Of a stretch of 64,000 bases of DNA, positions 10,001 to 21,339 are shown piece by piece. The DNA comes from Candidatus Latescibacterota bacterium (GTDB taxonomy: Bacteria; Latescibacterota; UBA2968): contig OZ242311.1 of the NCBI GenBank assembly GCA_965207885.1, forward strand, positions 2,688,001 to 2,752,000, read 5' to 3'. The notes beneath the pieces are model-generated. The model was not told where the DNA came from, did no database searches, and was given only the letters and a program-made list of their open reading frames with translations. Position numbers and translations under genes: made by a program. Numbering within the stretch: the stretch's first letter is position 1; every line of letters starts with the position of its first letter.

Positions 10001-11161
10001 CTACTCGTAGGTCGTCTCTCCGGTCTTGTGGTCCTCGATCCAGTCCCGGTCGAACGCCACCCCCAGCCCTGGCCCCTCCGGCACTTCGACGCAGCCGTTC
10101 TCGTCAACCGAATCCAACTCGTCGAGCCAGCGTCTTTCTGGATAGACTGCCGGCTTGGTATCGGGCACCAGGGGATGCACCAGGCCCAGTTCGTAGTAAT
10201 TGGCGTTGCGCAGGGTCGCCATGATATGCCGGTGCGCCAGATTGCCGCCGTGCAACTCCACGTCCAGCCCGTGTGCCTCGGCCATAGCGGCGATCTTCAT
10301 TACTCCGGTGATGCCGCCGTCGGTCTGGGCGTTGGCGCGTACGAAGTCGGTGGCGCCGGCAGTAATCGTATCGGCCTTGGCTTCAAGTCCGCGCACGTGT
10401 TCGCCCATCAGCATCGGCGTATTGATCAGCTCGCGCAGCTTGGCGTGGGCAAAGCGCGAAAAGCCGCCGCCTCTAAATGGGTCTTCATACCACATATAGC
10501 GCGCCTCGTCGCAGGCGCGGCCCACCTTGAGTACGTCCTCGAAAGTGGGAAAACACCCGGCTGGATCGAGCAATAGGTCCATATCGTCGCCCACCGCTTC
10601 GCGAATGGCTAATACCGCTGCCACTTCGCGGTCGATCGGTCCGTTGATCCAACCGTGGATCTTAAAGGCAGGATAGCCGTATTGCTCCTTGCAGCGCAGC
10701 GCGAATTGCGCAAAGTCGTCCGGCGTCGTCAAACCACCGTTTTCGTCGCCGTGATAGGTCGAGGCATAGGCTGGCAACTTCTTGCGCCAACCCCCGCCCA
10801 AAAGCTCGTAGATCGGCGCGTCGTAGAGCTTGCCAGCGAAATCCCACAGCGCGATATCTACCGCGCCCGGCGGCGTGCCGTCCTGCCCGCGGCGCGAGCG
10901 CTTGAGGTCGTGCCAGATAATCTCGCGGTCCAGCGGGTTGCGGCCGAGCAAGTACTGCGCCGGGCGGGAATCGATGCCACCGGACGCAATGCCGCTGATG
11001 CCGACGCTGGTCTCAATGGTCAGCAAGCCGCCGCCCAGAGTCAGGCGGCCACCCTTGCGATAGACCGTGTCGAAGCCCAATTGCTCCTCCAACTCCATAT
11101 CGGCGATCTCATAGGCGAAACTCGTCGAGGTAATGCGGGTGATCTCAATATCTCGCGCCAT
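10001..11161 (-). CDS. Mandelate racemase/muconate lactonizing enzyme family protein
   Basis: DIALWD, AYAS, FKIH, LLDP, WYEDP, MGE, GPGLG. Confidence 0.85.
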   Translation of the reverse strand: MARDIEITRITSTSFAYEIADMELEEQLGFDTVYRKGGRLTLGGGLLTIETSVGISGIASGGIDSRPAQYLLGRNPLDREIIWHDLKRSRRGQDGTPPGAVDIALWDFAGKLYDAPIYELLGGGWRKKLPAYASTYHGDENGGLTTPDDFAQFALRCKEQYGYPAFKIHGWINGPIDREVAAVLAIREAVGDDMDLLLDPAGCFPTFEDVLKVGRACDEARYMWYEDPFRGGGFSRFAHAKLRELINTPMLMGEHVRGLEAKADTITAGATDFVRANAQTDGGITGVMKIAAMAEAHGLDVELHGGNLAHRHIMATLRNANYYELGLVHPLVPDTKPAVYPERRWLDELDSVDENGCVEVPEGPGLGVAFDRDWIEDHKTGETTYE

Positions 11162-11213
11162 GGTGCTCTCTCCTTCGCTGTGTGTTTGGTTTTAACTTCC
11201 GCTCCACGGCTAC

Positions 11214-12098
11214 TCATCTCACGATCTGAGGTGACGCATAAAGATCGGGCCTGGCCTCGCTCGCTGTGAAGCAACCGGATGATCGCGCTTTCTCTATTAA
11301 ATCTCTCGAGACCTCGGTCACGATCATGCCTTCCACTGGCGCGTGTTCGTCGATGAACTGGCCGTTCGGATCGATCGCGAAGGCGAGTCCCGGAAACCAG
11401 GCGTTGCCGCTTTTTCCCGCCTGGTTGGCGTAGAAAATGTAGAGCGCATTGTCCACGGCTCTCGCTGGCAAGACCTGGGCGGCAAGCTGTCGATGTTCGG
11501 CTGCCTGTTCGGTCTGATCGCCGTCAGGGGTGACGTTGTCAGCGCGGCCGCTTGCACCTACGGCGAGGAGGAAAAAGTCTGCGCCCTCCTGTGCGGCGGT
11601 TCGGAAGATCTCCGGAAACCTCAGGTCGTAGCAGATCCCCACGCCGAAGGTCCAGCCTTGCGATGTCACGATAGGGAGTTGGCTCCCCGGTTCGAACCAG
11701 GCCCGCTCGGTTTCATTCGGGATGTGCAGTTTGGTGAAGGTCGCGAGGTAACCGCTGGGCCCTACGATGTAGGCGCTGTTGCGATAGCGTTCGCCCGCTG
11801 GCTCGATGGTACCGACGACAAGGGTCATGTCGAGTTCGCTGCAGAGCGATTCGAGGAACGGAATTGATTTCTCGGCCGCTGCTTCTGCGATCCGCATGGA
11901 CTCCTCGGGAGGAATGTCCGATTTGTTCATCGAGCCCGTGATGCACTCTTCGGGAAAGAGCGCAAATGTGGCACCTTGCCTGTGAGCCTCTCTCGACCAC
12001 TCGGCAATCTGGTCGAGGTTGGTCGAGGGGTCGCCCATCGCGCTGTGCATGGCGACCGATGCGATACGTGTTTTTGTGTTGTTCATGGGATATGCCAT
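11214..12098 (-). CDS. Nitrilase-superfamily carbon-nitrogen hydrolase
   Basis: FPE, TKLH and ICYDLRFPE supply the E-K-C triad. Confidence 0.85.
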   Translation of the reverse strand: MAYPMNNTKTRIASVAMHSAMGDPSTNLDQIAEWSREAHRQGATFALFPEECITGSMNKSDIPPEESMRIAEAAAEKSIPFLESLCSELDMTLVVGTIEPAGERYRNSAYIVGPSGYLATFTKLHIPNETERAWFEPGSQLPIVTSQGWTFGVGICYDLRFPEIFRTAAQEGADFFLLAVGASGRADNVTPDGDQTEQAAEHRQLAAQVLPARAVDNALYIFYANQAGKSGNAWFPGLAFAIDPNGQFIDEHAPVEGMIVTEVSRDLIEKARSSGCFTASEARPDLYASPQIVR

Positions 12099-12135
12099 TC
12101 GACTCTTTCTCCGATGCGTGGTTATTCATGTGTAC

Positions 12136-13101
12136 TCATACGGCCGAACGAACCGAATAAACCGCTTCGAGAGAACCGACGTTTGGGCGGCGATTTTCAT
12201 CGTTCTGCTGGATGTTGCGGGCGAAGAAATCGTCGAACAGTTCCAACTCAAATTCTCTCGCAATGTCTATGGCCGAGCGCTTATCCGAATTGCTGTGGAT
12301 CAAGGCGGTCCCGATATAGCTCGGCACGTCGATCGTGACCTCATCTTGGTATTTCTTCTCGATCAGAGGAAACTTGCCGGAGTTTCCAGTGCGTTTGACC
12401 AGCACGCGGTCCAGGTTGATCGTTGCGCACATCGTGCGTGAATAGTTGGTGTTTAGTTTCACGGGCTGGCCGAGGGGATCGATCACCCCGCCTCCGTAGA
12501 ACCGAAGTGCGGTCAGATAGTAGCACTGGCATTCGTAAGCCCATTGCTGCTGAAGGAATCCGCCGTGATAGGCACTGGGAAATGTGAGGATGTCCGGTTT
12601 CAGGTCTCGGTATTCGAACCGAAGTTGCTCGAATTTCTGGTCGAAACAAACCACCCCCCCAAGGCGACCGATCGCGGTGTCGAAAACTTTGGGACCGTCA
12701 CCCGAGCGCAGCCCTTGTTTTCGCTCGTTATCCGTCAGGAACGTCTTGTGATAGGCCCCGATCACTGAGCCATCAGGGCCGATATACACAATCGAATTGA
12801 ACACGTCGTCGCCTTCGCGGAGCTTGATAGATCCGGCCACGTGGCATGACTCGGCCCTGGCGAAATCCCGGTACATTGACAAAAACGGACCCGGCTGTTC
12901 CACGGTCTCGGCCGTTTCCAGGGTCTGGCCGTATCCTTCGACCAGCTCACAGGTCAACACCAGGTCCAGATTGTATCCTTTCAATGAATTGAGGTCGTTT
13001 CGGGTCATGCGCAGTACTCTTTCCATGCTCTCGGGTTCACCCCGCTGCAAATCGGCAAATGCACTGAACTGAATCGATCCCACTCTTACGAATCGTGCCA
13101 T
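12136..13101 (-). CDS. Carbon-nitrogen hydrolase family protein
   Basis: LTCE, YHK and VCFD supply the E-K-C triad. Confidence 0.8.
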   Translation of the reverse strand: MARFVRVGSIQFSAFADLQRGEPESMERVLRMTRNDLNSLKGYNLDLVLTCELVEGYGQTLETAETVEQPGPFLSMYRDFARAESCHVAGSIKLREGDDVFNSIVYIGPDGSVIGAYHKTFLTDNERKQGLRSGDGPKVFDTAIGRLGGVVCFDQKFEQLRFEYRDLKPDILTFPSAYHGGFLQQQWAYECQCYYLTALRFYGGGVIDPLGQPVKLNTNYSRTMCATINLDRVLVKRTGNSGKFPLIEKKYQDEVTIDVPSYIGTALIHSNSDKRSAIDIAREFELELFDDFFARNIQQNDENRRPNVGSLEAVYSVRSAV

Positions 13102-13142
13102 ATATATCTCCTTTCACAATGCTAATCGTGCTGGACAGTCCA

Positions 13143-14432
13143 TTAGAGCGCGGCGTCGCCCGCCTCCGTCCGCAAGCTGTGTCGGCCCTCTATATGGGCG
13201 TGCCAGTCCATGCCGATCTCCGGTCGCGGCCGGGTCGGTCTGGGCAGCGCATTCGCCTGCTCCGCCACGATCGCCGGCACGCCTACGTCGCTCAGAAACT
13301 GCGCGAGATACGCCATCCGCACCAGCGTCTCGCTTTGGTACAGGCTCATGCCATCGACCCCCACCGCGTACTGTTGTGCCGCCAGTGCATAGGCCGGTTG
13401 CGGCGCATAAAAACCCGTATTCTTCTCTACTCGGTTTTCGATCAGCCCTTTGGATCCCACACCGCCAATGCACAGTTTGTCGTGTCGGTGTGCCACCGCT
13501 GCGTGATAGCCGACGTGCAGGTCCAGATCCTCGCGGGTCAGAGGAAAGGGACTCAACATCAATCCGTCGATCAGATCCTCCTCGCACCAGCGCTCGCTGT
13601 CCAGTCCATAGGCCAGCATCAGCCATCGCGCGTTGTCGGGCACCCGGGCGATGATCGGGCAGCGCCGACCCAATTTGTCCTCCTGGATGCGCACCGCCCG
13701 CCGCAGTTCGGTCATAAATTCGGTCAGCACATCGGCTCGGTACTGAAACCACGCCCGGTACTGTTCGAAGTCGTCCGAGTCGATTTCGCGCGGATCCACC
13801 CCCGTCTCCGCCATAAACGGCTCGACCAGCGCCGGATGGTATAGCAGCATCGGCATCTGCCGGCAGAAGTCGAGCACCAGCCCATCGACGCCGATCCTCT
13901 GGCACTCGAGCAAAATATCGATCCGCTCGCGCCGCACTTCCGCCAGCGCGTAGCACAGCCGGCTGGCGTCCTCGTTGCCCGGCTTGGTCACCTCCCTGAA
14001 GGCCGGATTGTCCAGCGCGAACCTGGACGTGACCCCTATCCAGTCCGTTCGCCCATAGTGGCGGTTCATCCCCAGGCGGCCCCATAGTTGCGCCCCACGA
14101 TCGCGGCACAGCGCCAGCGCGTGCCGCAGCGGACACACCTCGTCCATTACCTTGCGAACGAAGCTCCAGGAGATGCCGCCGACCTGGTCGCCATTTTCGC
14201 ACATCCGCGTGATATGGGGCAACTCGGACCAGTAGTCCACCACCGAACGCCCCAGATTCCAAACCAGATGGTCGCAGCCCGCTTGCAGGTGCAGATCGAC
14301 GCACTCGTCCAGTGCTTTAGGTCCCGGGCACGGCTTGTCGTAGTTGGCGTAGTAGCACATCCACTCCGAGATGCCGAACACCGGTTTTTCGTTGCCGCTT
14401 GCCTCGCGCAATTTGAGTTGCTCTTGCGCCAT
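13143..14432 (-). CDS. Putative glycoside hydrolase-like TIM-barrel protein (GHL10-like)
   Basis: RLGMN, LCYALAEVR, VDGLVLDFCR and GVDGMSLY pattern of GHL10-like proteins. Confidence 0.5.
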   Translation of the reverse strand: MAQEQLKLREASGNEKPVFGISEWMCYYANYDKPCPGPKALDECVDLHLQAGCDHLVWNLGRSVVDYWSELPHITRMCENGDQVGGISWSFVRKVMDEVCPLRHALALCRDRGAQLWGRLGMNRHYGRTDWIGVTSRFALDNPAFREVTKPGNEDASRLCYALAEVRRERIDILLECQRIGVDGLVLDFCRQMPMLLYHPALVEPFMAETGVDPREIDSDDFEQYRAWFQYRADVLTEFMTELRRAVRIQEDKLGRRCPIIARVPDNARWLMLAYGLDSERWCEEDLIDGLMLSPFPLTREDLDLHVGYHAAVAHRHDKLCIGGVGSKGLIENRVEKNTGFYAPQPAYALAAQQYAVGVDGMSLYQSETLVRMAYLAQFLSDVGVPAIVAEQANALPRPTRPRPEIGMDWHAHIEGRHSLRTEAGDAAL

Positions 14433-14471
14433 CTAAGGTGACCTCCTGATCGGGTGTATTTATCGAAAGCA

Positions 14472-15407
14472 TTAAGCGGACCATCGCGCGGTGCCGATGG
14501 CGTAATATTTGTGTACAAAAGGTGGTTTGGTGCGCGAAGCGTACCACATGCGCAGGGAGCCGTCGGTTAGGCGCAAGAGCGAATGGCTGGTGGTAAAGTG
14601 CGATTCCCAGGACCGCGAAGGATCGGGACCAAAGATCGGATTGTGAGGACTTTTAGTCCAGTTGAGACCATCTTCGCTGATGGCAAATCCGATGGAGGTT
14701 TTCATGACCTCGGGCGGATAGCTGCTATAGCTGCCGTACCACATCAGATAATAACCGTCTTCTTTGAGAACGGTTGGATAGACCAGGCGCTGGAACTCCC
14801 ATTCCTGGTCTAACTCCAACACCGGCTGGGGATGGACTTGCCACTCAAAGCCGTTGTCGCTGTGGGCGGCGCGTATGGTCCAGGGGTCGGCGGTCACATC
14901 GGTGTACCACAGGCGGTAGTGGTCGTCTTCCCAAAACAGGGTGGGGGCGTAGGCGTTTTCTAATAGGGGAGGGGAGGGCGTCTCCCAGCAAATCCCGTCG
15001 TCGCTGGTCATGGCGTGCAGGGTGTGGCGTGTGTCGCCAGAGGGAAAATCGGTCGAGGAAAAAAACATACGCAGCTTGCCCGCCTCGCGCCTCAGGGAGC
15101 CGTCCGGGTGGCGCACCAGGGTGGGGGTGAGGATAGAGTGGTCGGTCATAAGGGTGCAAACCGGGGAGGCGGGGTGTCGTGTAAAATGCAGGCCGTCGTC
15201 GCTGGTGGCCAGCCCCAGAGCAAAAACCCGCAGATCTACTTCGCCGCGCGAGCCGCTGTACCACATGTAATAGCGCCCGTTTTCCAAAGCGACATAGGGA
15301 GCAAAAATGTGGGTGTCGTCAAATTGACCGGCTGCGCCCAGGGACAGACAAGGTGCATCGATGTCTCGCTCCCAGGGTTGTGGATCCAGCCATTGGTTTT
15401 TGTCCAT
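14472..15407 (-). CDS. Five-bladed beta-propeller glycoside hydrolase-like protein (GH32/43/130 clan)
   Basis: Repeated YxMWY...G.A.S.DG..W blades. Confidence 0.65.
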   Translation of the reverse strand: MDKNQWLDPQPWERDIDAPCLSLGAAGQFDDTHIFAPYVALENGRYYMWYSGSRGEVDLRVFALGLATSDDGLHFTRHPASPVCTLMTDHSILTPTLVRHPDGSLRREAGKLRMFFSSTDFPSGDTRHTLHAMTSDDGICWETPSPPLLENAYAPTLFWEDDHYRLWYTDVTADPWTIRAAHSDNGFEWQVHPQPVLELDQEWEFQRLVYPTVLKEDGYYLMWYGSYSSYPPEVMKTSIGFAISEDGLNWTKSPHNPIFGPDPSRSWESHFTTSHSLLRLTDGSLRMWYASRTKPPFVHKYYAIGTARWSA

Positions 15408-15423
15408 GATCTATTTCCTCATT

Positions 15424-16842
15424 TCACCTCGCCGTATAATCCCCCTCCAAAATACAGGGGAGACCATCGCGGGCCATCAGTGCAATTCGTGCCAACCCAT
15501 GCTGTAAAAAACTTGGCCCCATCTGCGATTCGTACCAATCGATTCCCGACGCACCCCTCGGCAGATCGCCGTCCATATAAATGGCCATAAGCTTCTCGGC
15601 AAGGGCCATGCCCCCGTCCAGCCACCTGGTTTCTCCCGTCAGATCATATAAATCTGCCAATAACTCCAATCCCAATCCGGCATCCATCGATGGCACGGCA
15701 ATGTCATCCGGGAAATCGGTTTCCAGATAGCTCTTTCCAACCGCGATTGCCCACTCAAAAAGCCCTTGATGGGGCCGAATGCGATGGCCACACAGGGCAA
15801 ATAGTGCGGCATAACAGGCGGGCCAATTTCCATATACGCTGCCCCAAATCGGCATCGTTCCTTTCGCCTCGCTGGAACCCCGGTGAAAGGAATTCACATA
15901 AATACCCCGTTCCAGATCGTGGGGGGCTTTTAAAAATCCGTCGATATAAACGGCGGCCCGTTCTCTCATGCGAGTGGCCAGATCTGGTAACGCACCTGCA
16001 ATCAACTCGGCGGATTCAAGCAGGCTCACCCCCAGGGAGAGCGTCTGCCCGGGCGCATTGATTTGATAAAAATCCACATCGTCCTCGGGCGATCTGCTCT
16101 CCGTCTGCAGCAGGCTCAGGTCGTCCCGTTTCTCCCACCAGTAGTCCAGCATGGTTTCGATCTGTTGTACAAAATCCGTCCGCCCCGTCTTCAAGTAGGC
16201 AAACGCCCAATCGAAAATGTAAAATCCCCCGTGCCTCGGGAAATCGCAGGACCGCACCCCCCGGGCATAGGGGCGTTTCTCATCGATATATGCATGCCGA
16301 ATGTATTCCAGCGGCTCTCCTTCAGTCCAATGTCCGTTGATCCCCTCGGCAAAGCGCTCGACGCATGGCGGATTGAAAGCATACAGTTTTTCCCACAGCC
16401 AGAGCGGTGCCTGTCGCAGGTGATCGTGTGTCGTCTTACTGGGGCTTGCCCCTTCCCGCAACTGATAGCTGTCTGCCACCCGATCTTCCAATAGGTGCCA
16501 GTACGCGTGTTCTCCCCAGGGGAAAATACCCGTTATTGTATCTGTACAGTGGGTTGCAAACCGCTGCAAATACCGGTCTGCCGCCTGTGCATAATCCGGA
16601 CGGTCCAGCGCCTCGGCAAGCGCGTACATCGTCTTCAGTGCCGCCTGATCGTGGATCAAATTGCTGCCCAGGTGCGACCGGTCGCCGTCCCGCTGTCCCT
16701 CAATTCCCGGCGGCATTTCCGTCATCATCTGATGGGTCGATCGATCAATAATTGAGGGGAATAATCCCTCATAGGTCGCTCCCAATGCGACCAGAATATC
16801 CAGCGAACGGCACACCTTCTCAAGCATGGTTTCAGGGTTCAT
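15424..16842 (-). CDS. Uncharacterised (alpha/alpha)-toroid-like protein, WGEH family
   Basis: 472-aa ORF with RBS ggagg; shares WGEH, FPxHGG and YE motifs with 51974..53518. Confidence 0.55.
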   Translation of the reverse strand: MNPETMLEKVCRSLDILVALGATYEGLFPSIIDRSTHQMMTEMPPGIEGQRDGDRSHLGSNLIHDQAALKTMYALAEALDRPDYAQAADRYLQRFATHCTDTITGIFPWGEHAYWHLLEDRVADSYQLREGASPSKTTHDHLRQAPLWLWEKLYAFNPPCVERFAEGINGHWTEGEPLEYIRHAYIDEKRPYARGVRSCDFPRHGGFYIFDWAFAYLKTGRTDFVQQIETMLDYWWEKRDDLSLLQTESRSPEDDVDFYQINAPGQTLSLGVSLLESAELIAGALPDLATRMRERAAVYIDGFLKAPHDLERGIYVNSFHRGSSEAKGTMPIWGSVYGNWPACYAALFALCGHRIRPHQGLFEWAIAVGKSYLETDFPDDIAVPSMDAGLGLELLADLYDLTGETRWLDGGMALAEKLMAIYMDGDLPRGASGIDWYESQMGPSFLQHGLARIALMARDGLPCILEGDYTAR

Positions 16843-16868
16843 CAGCGTCCTCCGATCTAAAGAAAAGA

Positions 16869-16899
16869 ATTATATATAGCCTTTTAGGGGTCAGGTCAA
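16869..16899 (-). promoter_or_regulatory. Possible sigma70 promoter for the 16842->1826 minus-strand run
   Basis: TTGACC followed by TATATA at 17 nt or TATAAT at 19 nt. Confidence 0.4.
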
Positions 16900-16938
16900 G
16901 TGGTGTAAGGCGTGGATTGAAAGGCAGAATTGTAGAGA

Positions 16939-16969
16939 ATCCCCACTGGACAACCTATCCAGTGGGGAT
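16939..16969 (-). terminator. Hairpin downstream of the RND operon, probable terminator
   Basis: atccccactgga-N7-tccagtggggat, a perfect 12-bp stem; U tract is weak. Confidence 0.55.
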
Positions 16970-17001
16970 CTGTATCCCAATTTATTCACCATTCTGTTTT
17001 T

Positions 17002-20000
17002 TTAAAATCCGTCTGTCGAACGGCTCAAACTGTACCGGGCATTTGTGACGAGAGAGACAATATCCTCCAGAATCATATACAGACAGGGCACTAACAAAAG
17101 AATTATAGACGTCGCGAAAACAATACCAAATCCGAGAGAGATTGCCATGGGAATGAGATAATAAGCCTGGCGGGATGTCTCCAAAATAATCGGTGTCAAA
17201 CCACCAAATGTTGTCAACGTCGTCAAAATAATAGGCTTGAAGCGCCGAAGCCCAGCAGTGTGAATCGCCTCAAAAGCCGAACTATGGGCACGCCTTTTAT
17301 TTGCATAATCGATCATAATCAGTGAATCATTTACCACAACACCCGACAGGGCGATCACCCCCATCAAACTGATAAGCGACAAATCATAACCGAGCAAAAT
17401 ATGACCGATCACAGCGCCCACAATCCCAAACGGAATTGCCGCCATCACAATCAAGGGTTGGACATAGCTGCCAAATGCAATGGCGAGTAACATATACACA
17501 ATGCCCATCGCCATGGCAAAACCGCCCCATAGCGCCTGCGTTGACTCGCGCATCTCAGCCTGTGTCCCCTGAAATGTCCAGGTTAATCCCGGATACTCAG
17601 CGCGAATTTGTGGCAACACATCGGTTTTAATCGCTTCCATAACGCGCGTCATCGCTCGCTTGGGTTCCACATCCATACTCACCGTCACCACGCGCCGACC
17701 ATCTCGCCGATTAATACTTGTAAACGCTTCGCCACGCTCAATATCTACCACATCCATCAAAGGCACTTCTGTGCCATCAGGTGTACGCACAACAAATTCT
17801 TCGAGATGGCGAATATCCTTTCGCTCTGCCATCGGTAATTTCACGCGCATTTCAATTTCATTTGTACCGCGCAACTGACGCATCGCCAGTGCGCCGAAAA
17901 ATGCATCGCGCAACTGACGCCCTACCTCAACCGGCGTCAATCCCAAATTTCGGCCTTCCGGACGCAACACAAAATCAAACTGCGATTTGCCTTTATTGTA
18001 ATTGTCACTCACATCGTGCGTCTCTTCAAACCCTTCGGCGCGCTCTAAAAATGCCCGACTGGCTTTGGCCAACACGTCAATATCCGAATGGCTCAAATCG
18101 ACACTGATATCCTGTTGCCAGCCGCCCGGCCCACTCTCGGCCTCAAACGTAATCTGACTGACACCATCAATATCCCCGATGTTATCGCGCCATAGTGAGA
18201 TGATCTCTCCTGTCGTCATATCGTGTTCATCGGGCGGTTTCATCACAATTTCTACATCGATAAAACTCCCCCTGCGCACATTGGTTTTAATCCCTTCGGC
18301 CACGCGATAAAGGTTGTGCGCTTCAAACATGTGATGGGTCGATTCGGTCACATCATGTGCAACCCGCGCAGCTTGATCCCGCGTGGTCCCCACAGGCAAT
18401 CGGATACCCGCTTCAATCTCATCGGCAGAAACTTCGGGCATCATAATCATACCCATATGATCGCTGTATCCATAACCGCCCACCATCATCAGCAAAGCAA
18501 TAGCAGATGCAATCGTAACGTACCGATGCCGAATGCAGACATCCAGAAACCTGCGATAGTGTTGGTCGATAAACCGATTGAAATGGCTGGCAATAGATTG
18601 TTGCCAGCGATGCGCAGTGCCATTTACCGGCGAAACAGCGCGTTTTGAAAGGTGCCCGAGATGCGCAGGCAAAATAAACAGCGCCTCCAAAAGAGACACG
18701 GCCAGCACAGTGATCACAACCGCGGGCAATGGCCACCAGAATTTTCCCGTGGTGCCGGGCATAAACAAAAGCGGCAGAAAGGCCACAATCGTAGTCAAAA
18801 TGCTGAACGTAACCGGCCTGGCAATATCGCGTGTACCCGCAATGGCCGCCTGCATCGGACCCATACCTTGTTCCCGATATTCATGCACATTTTCACCCAC
18901 AACAATCGCATCATCCACCACAATGCCGAGCACCACCAAAAATGCAAACATAGAAACCATATTGATGCTCACATCAATAGCAGGCAGAAACACCAGACTG
19001 CCTATGAAAGAAATGGCCATCCCCATCATCACCCAAAATGCAAGCCGAAACTCGAGGAACATCGCCAGAATAAGCAAAACAATCACAATAGCCAGCACCC
19101 CGTTTTCGATCAGCAAAAACAACCGATCTTTGTAATCCTCTGCACTGTTGCTGTCGATCCGATACTTCACACCAGGCGGCAGGGTGGTCTCAAAATCTGC
19201 CATGATATTTTTAACAGCCTCGGCAATCTCAAGTGGCGATTGATTCCCAATCCGATAGATATCCACACCAACTGTAAGCTGCCGATTAAACCGTTCGTGA
19301 AATCCGCCTTCTTCAAAGCCATCCGTGATCTTTGCCAGGTCCGCCAGTGTAACCCCACCACCTCCTTCTGAAGGGATAATCACAATACGACCATATTCAT
19401 CGGCCCACTGCTTGCGCTCTTTCATGCGCAACAAAATTTCACCCGTACCCGTCTCCACAGAACCCGCAGGAATGTCTTCACTCGACGAAACAATCACGCG
19501 TGCCACATCGCGTAGTGTAAGACCGTATTCACGCAACCTGTGCTGGGGAATTTCAATATGCGTCCTGTATTCTGGCACATTGCCAAGCTCGACCTGTGTA
19601 ATGGTCGGATCGCTCAGCAATCGATCCCTTAGCTGTTCGGCCAGACTTCTCAGCGTACCGATATCTACATCGCCATACAGCCCAATATCCATCACATTGC
19701 GCTGTTGTGCCCTCAGGCTGACTTCGGGTTGTTCTATATCATCGGGAAATGTCCGAATCCGATTGACTGCCTGATCAATATCCTGAAAGGCTTTCCCCCG
19801 GTTGGTGCCTGCCACCAGTTCAATGGTCACACTCCCACGCCCCTCGCGAGCCTGCGACGTCATTTCCATGATCCCCTGCACACCGCGCACAGCTTCTTCT
19901 ATCGGCTGTAAAATCCCCTGCTCCACCTCCGCAGGTGCCGCACCCGGATAGCCCACGCTGACCGAGACGATATCCAGTTCATACTGCGGATAGACCTCCT

Positions 20001-20136
20001 TCTGGATATGAAAAGCTGTCCAGATCCCGCCCAAAATGAGGATGATCATAAACAGATTGGCCGCAATAGCATTGCGCGCCATCCAGGCAATCGGACCTCG
20101 TGTTTCTTCAAATGTATCCTGTGTCTCATTCATCAC
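17002..20136 (-). CDS. RND efflux permease (AcrB/AcrD/AcrF family)
   Basis: 1044 aa, [32 protein letters not shown]. Confidence 0.95.
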   Translation of the reverse strand: MMNETQDTFEETRGPIAWMARNAIAANLFMIILILGGIWTAFHIQKEVYPQYELDIVSVSVGYPGAAPAEVEQGILQPIEEAVRGVQGIMEMTSQAREGRGSVTIELVAGTNRGKAFQDIDQAVNRIRTFPDDIEQPEVSLRAQQRNVMDIGLYGDVDIGTLRSLAEQLRDRLLSDPTITQVELGNVPEYRTHIEIPQHRLREYGLTLRDVARVIVSSSEDIPAGSVETGTGEILLRMKERKQWADEYGRIVIIPSEGGGGVTLADLAKITDGFEEGGFHERFNRQLTVGVDIYRIGNQSPLEIAEAVKNIMADFETTLPPGVKYRIDSNSAEDYKDRLFLLIENGVLAIVIVLLILAMFLEFRLAFWVMMGMAISFIGSLVFLPAIDVSINMVSMFAFLVVLGIVVDDAIVVGENVHEYREQGMGPMQAAIAGTRDIARPVTFSILTTIVAFLPLLFMPGTTGKFWWPLPAVVITVLAVSLLEALFILPAHLGHLSKRAVSPVNGTAHRWQQSIASHFNRFIDQHYRRFLDVCIRHRYVTIASAIALLMMVGGYGYSDHMGMIMMPEVSADEIEAGIRLPVGTTRDQAARVAHDVTESTHHMFEAHNLYRVAEGIKTNVRRGSFIDVEIVMKPPDEHDMTTGEIISLWRDNIGDIDGVSQITFEAESGPGGWQQDISVDLSHSDIDVLAKASRAFLERAEGFEETHDVSDNYNKGKSQFDFVLRPEGRNLGLTPVEVGRQLRDAFFGALAMRQLRGTNEIEMRVKLPMAERKDIRHLEEFVVRTPDGTEVPLMDVVDIERGEAFTSINRRDGRRVVTVSMDVEPKRAMTRVMEAIKTDVLPQIRAEYPGLTWTFQGTQAEMRESTQALWGGFAMAMGIVYMLLAIAFGSYVQPLIVMAAIPFGIVGAVIGHILLGYDLSLISLMGVIALSGVVVNDSLIMIDYANKRRAHSSAFEAIHTAGLRRFKPIILTTLTTFGGLTPIILETSRQAYYLIPMAISLGFGIVFATSIILLLVPCLYMILEDIVSLVTNARYSLSRSTDGF

Positions 20137-21332
20137 CGGGTGTCTCCCAGGGTTTTAGGATCTTCCTCTCCAACGCTTTTCACACGCAATTCTGCACCAT
20201 CAGCGACTCGAGACAAATTGGTCGTAACCACCCGATCCTTATCTTGCAACCCATCCGATATATAAGCATAGTCGGCATCTTGAAAAACGATCTCAACAGA
20301 CCGAATCCGCAACAGACCGTCTTTCATCACCCAGACCGTATTGCCAGCCCGGATATAATCGCGTGCCAGACGCACCACATTGGGAATTTCGTTGGCCTCA
20401 ATATGCGTCTCGACAAATGCGCCAATCATCAACGGAGATAGATGATCAGATCCATCCCGATGAGCAAGCGGGTCAGAAACGGAAACCAGTACCTGCGCCA
20501 TACGCGTCTTTTCTGCCAATGCACCAATGAGTCTGTGAAGAGAGCCTGTGCGATAAGCACCTTTTTTTTGGGTCACACGATTGCGAATCTGCACCAACGA
20601 TCCCTTTTCTGCCTCGCTGCTGGGAAAAGAAAGCCACGGAATTTTGGAAAGCGGAACGGTCGTCACCACCCAGTATGTATCCAGACCAACCAGACGCCCG
20701 AGATTATCGCGTGGAGAAACCAGAGAACCCACATTGGCATTGCGACTTAAAATGTGCGCGTCAAAAGGCGCTTTAATGGTTGTTCTCTGCAATTCCAGTT
20801 CAGCCTGATTCACTGCCGCCTGCGCCGCTTCTACCCGTGCCCGAGCTGCATTGAGCTGAGGTTGGCGCAGCACAAGCGCCTCAAGCTCACCCGACAGCGT
20901 CTCATTCAGAATCTGATAATCTTTCTGCGCCACATTCTGCCGTCCCATCTCAATATTCAAATCAGCAGTGGCACGACGCAGATCGCTCTTTTTTTGCAAA
21001 AGTGCATTCTGATAATCTGCCGGATCAATCTGCAACAGTACCTGACCCTTTTTGACAAACCCACCCGGCGTAAAAGTTGATGACAGCGAAAGTACCCGTC
21101 CACCGACTTGTGGACTCAAGATGATATCCTGTTCTGCTTCAACCGTCCCCGTCGCCACAATCACAGGGCGATACGTACCGCGTTGCACCTCAAACACATC
21201 GACGAGCATCGCGGTTTTCTTAGTCGCCGCAACGCGAGTCGCCGTAGGCTCCGTCATAAAAATCAACGCAGTAATACCTGCACCCACAACCAGAATACAA
21301 AAACAAATAATCAACCCTTTTTTGCTATCCAC
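20133..21332 (-). CDS. RND efflux periplasmic adaptor (MFP)
   Basis: N-terminal TM segment, lipoyl-like [16 protein letters not shown]; overlaps the permease start. Confidence 0.9.
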   Translation of the reverse strand: MDSKKGLIICFCILVVGAGITALIFMTEPTATRVAATKKTAMLVDVFEVQRGTYRPVIVATGTVEAEQDIILSPQVGGRVLSLSSTFTPGGFVKKGQVLLQIDPADYQNALLQKKSDLRRATADLNIEMGRQNVAQKDYQILNETLSGELEALVLRQPQLNAARARVEAAQAAVNQAELELQRTTIKAPFDAHILSRNANVGSLVSPRDNLGRLVGLDTYWVVTTVPLSKIPWLSFPSSEAEKGSLVQIRNRVTQKKGAYRTGSLHRLIGALAEKTRMAQVLVSVSDPLAHRDGSDHLSPLMIGAFVETHIEANEIPNVVRLARDYIRAGNTVWVMKDGLLRIRSVEIVFQDADYAYISDGLQDKDRVVTTNLSRVADGAELRVKSVGEEDPKTLGDTR

Positions 21333-21339
21333 GTTATGC

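Noticed and set aside
11192-11210. ttaacttccgctccacggc resembling the isomerase 3' end at 32015-32032
   Set aside because: Too short and needs a gap; not distinguishable from chance by eye.
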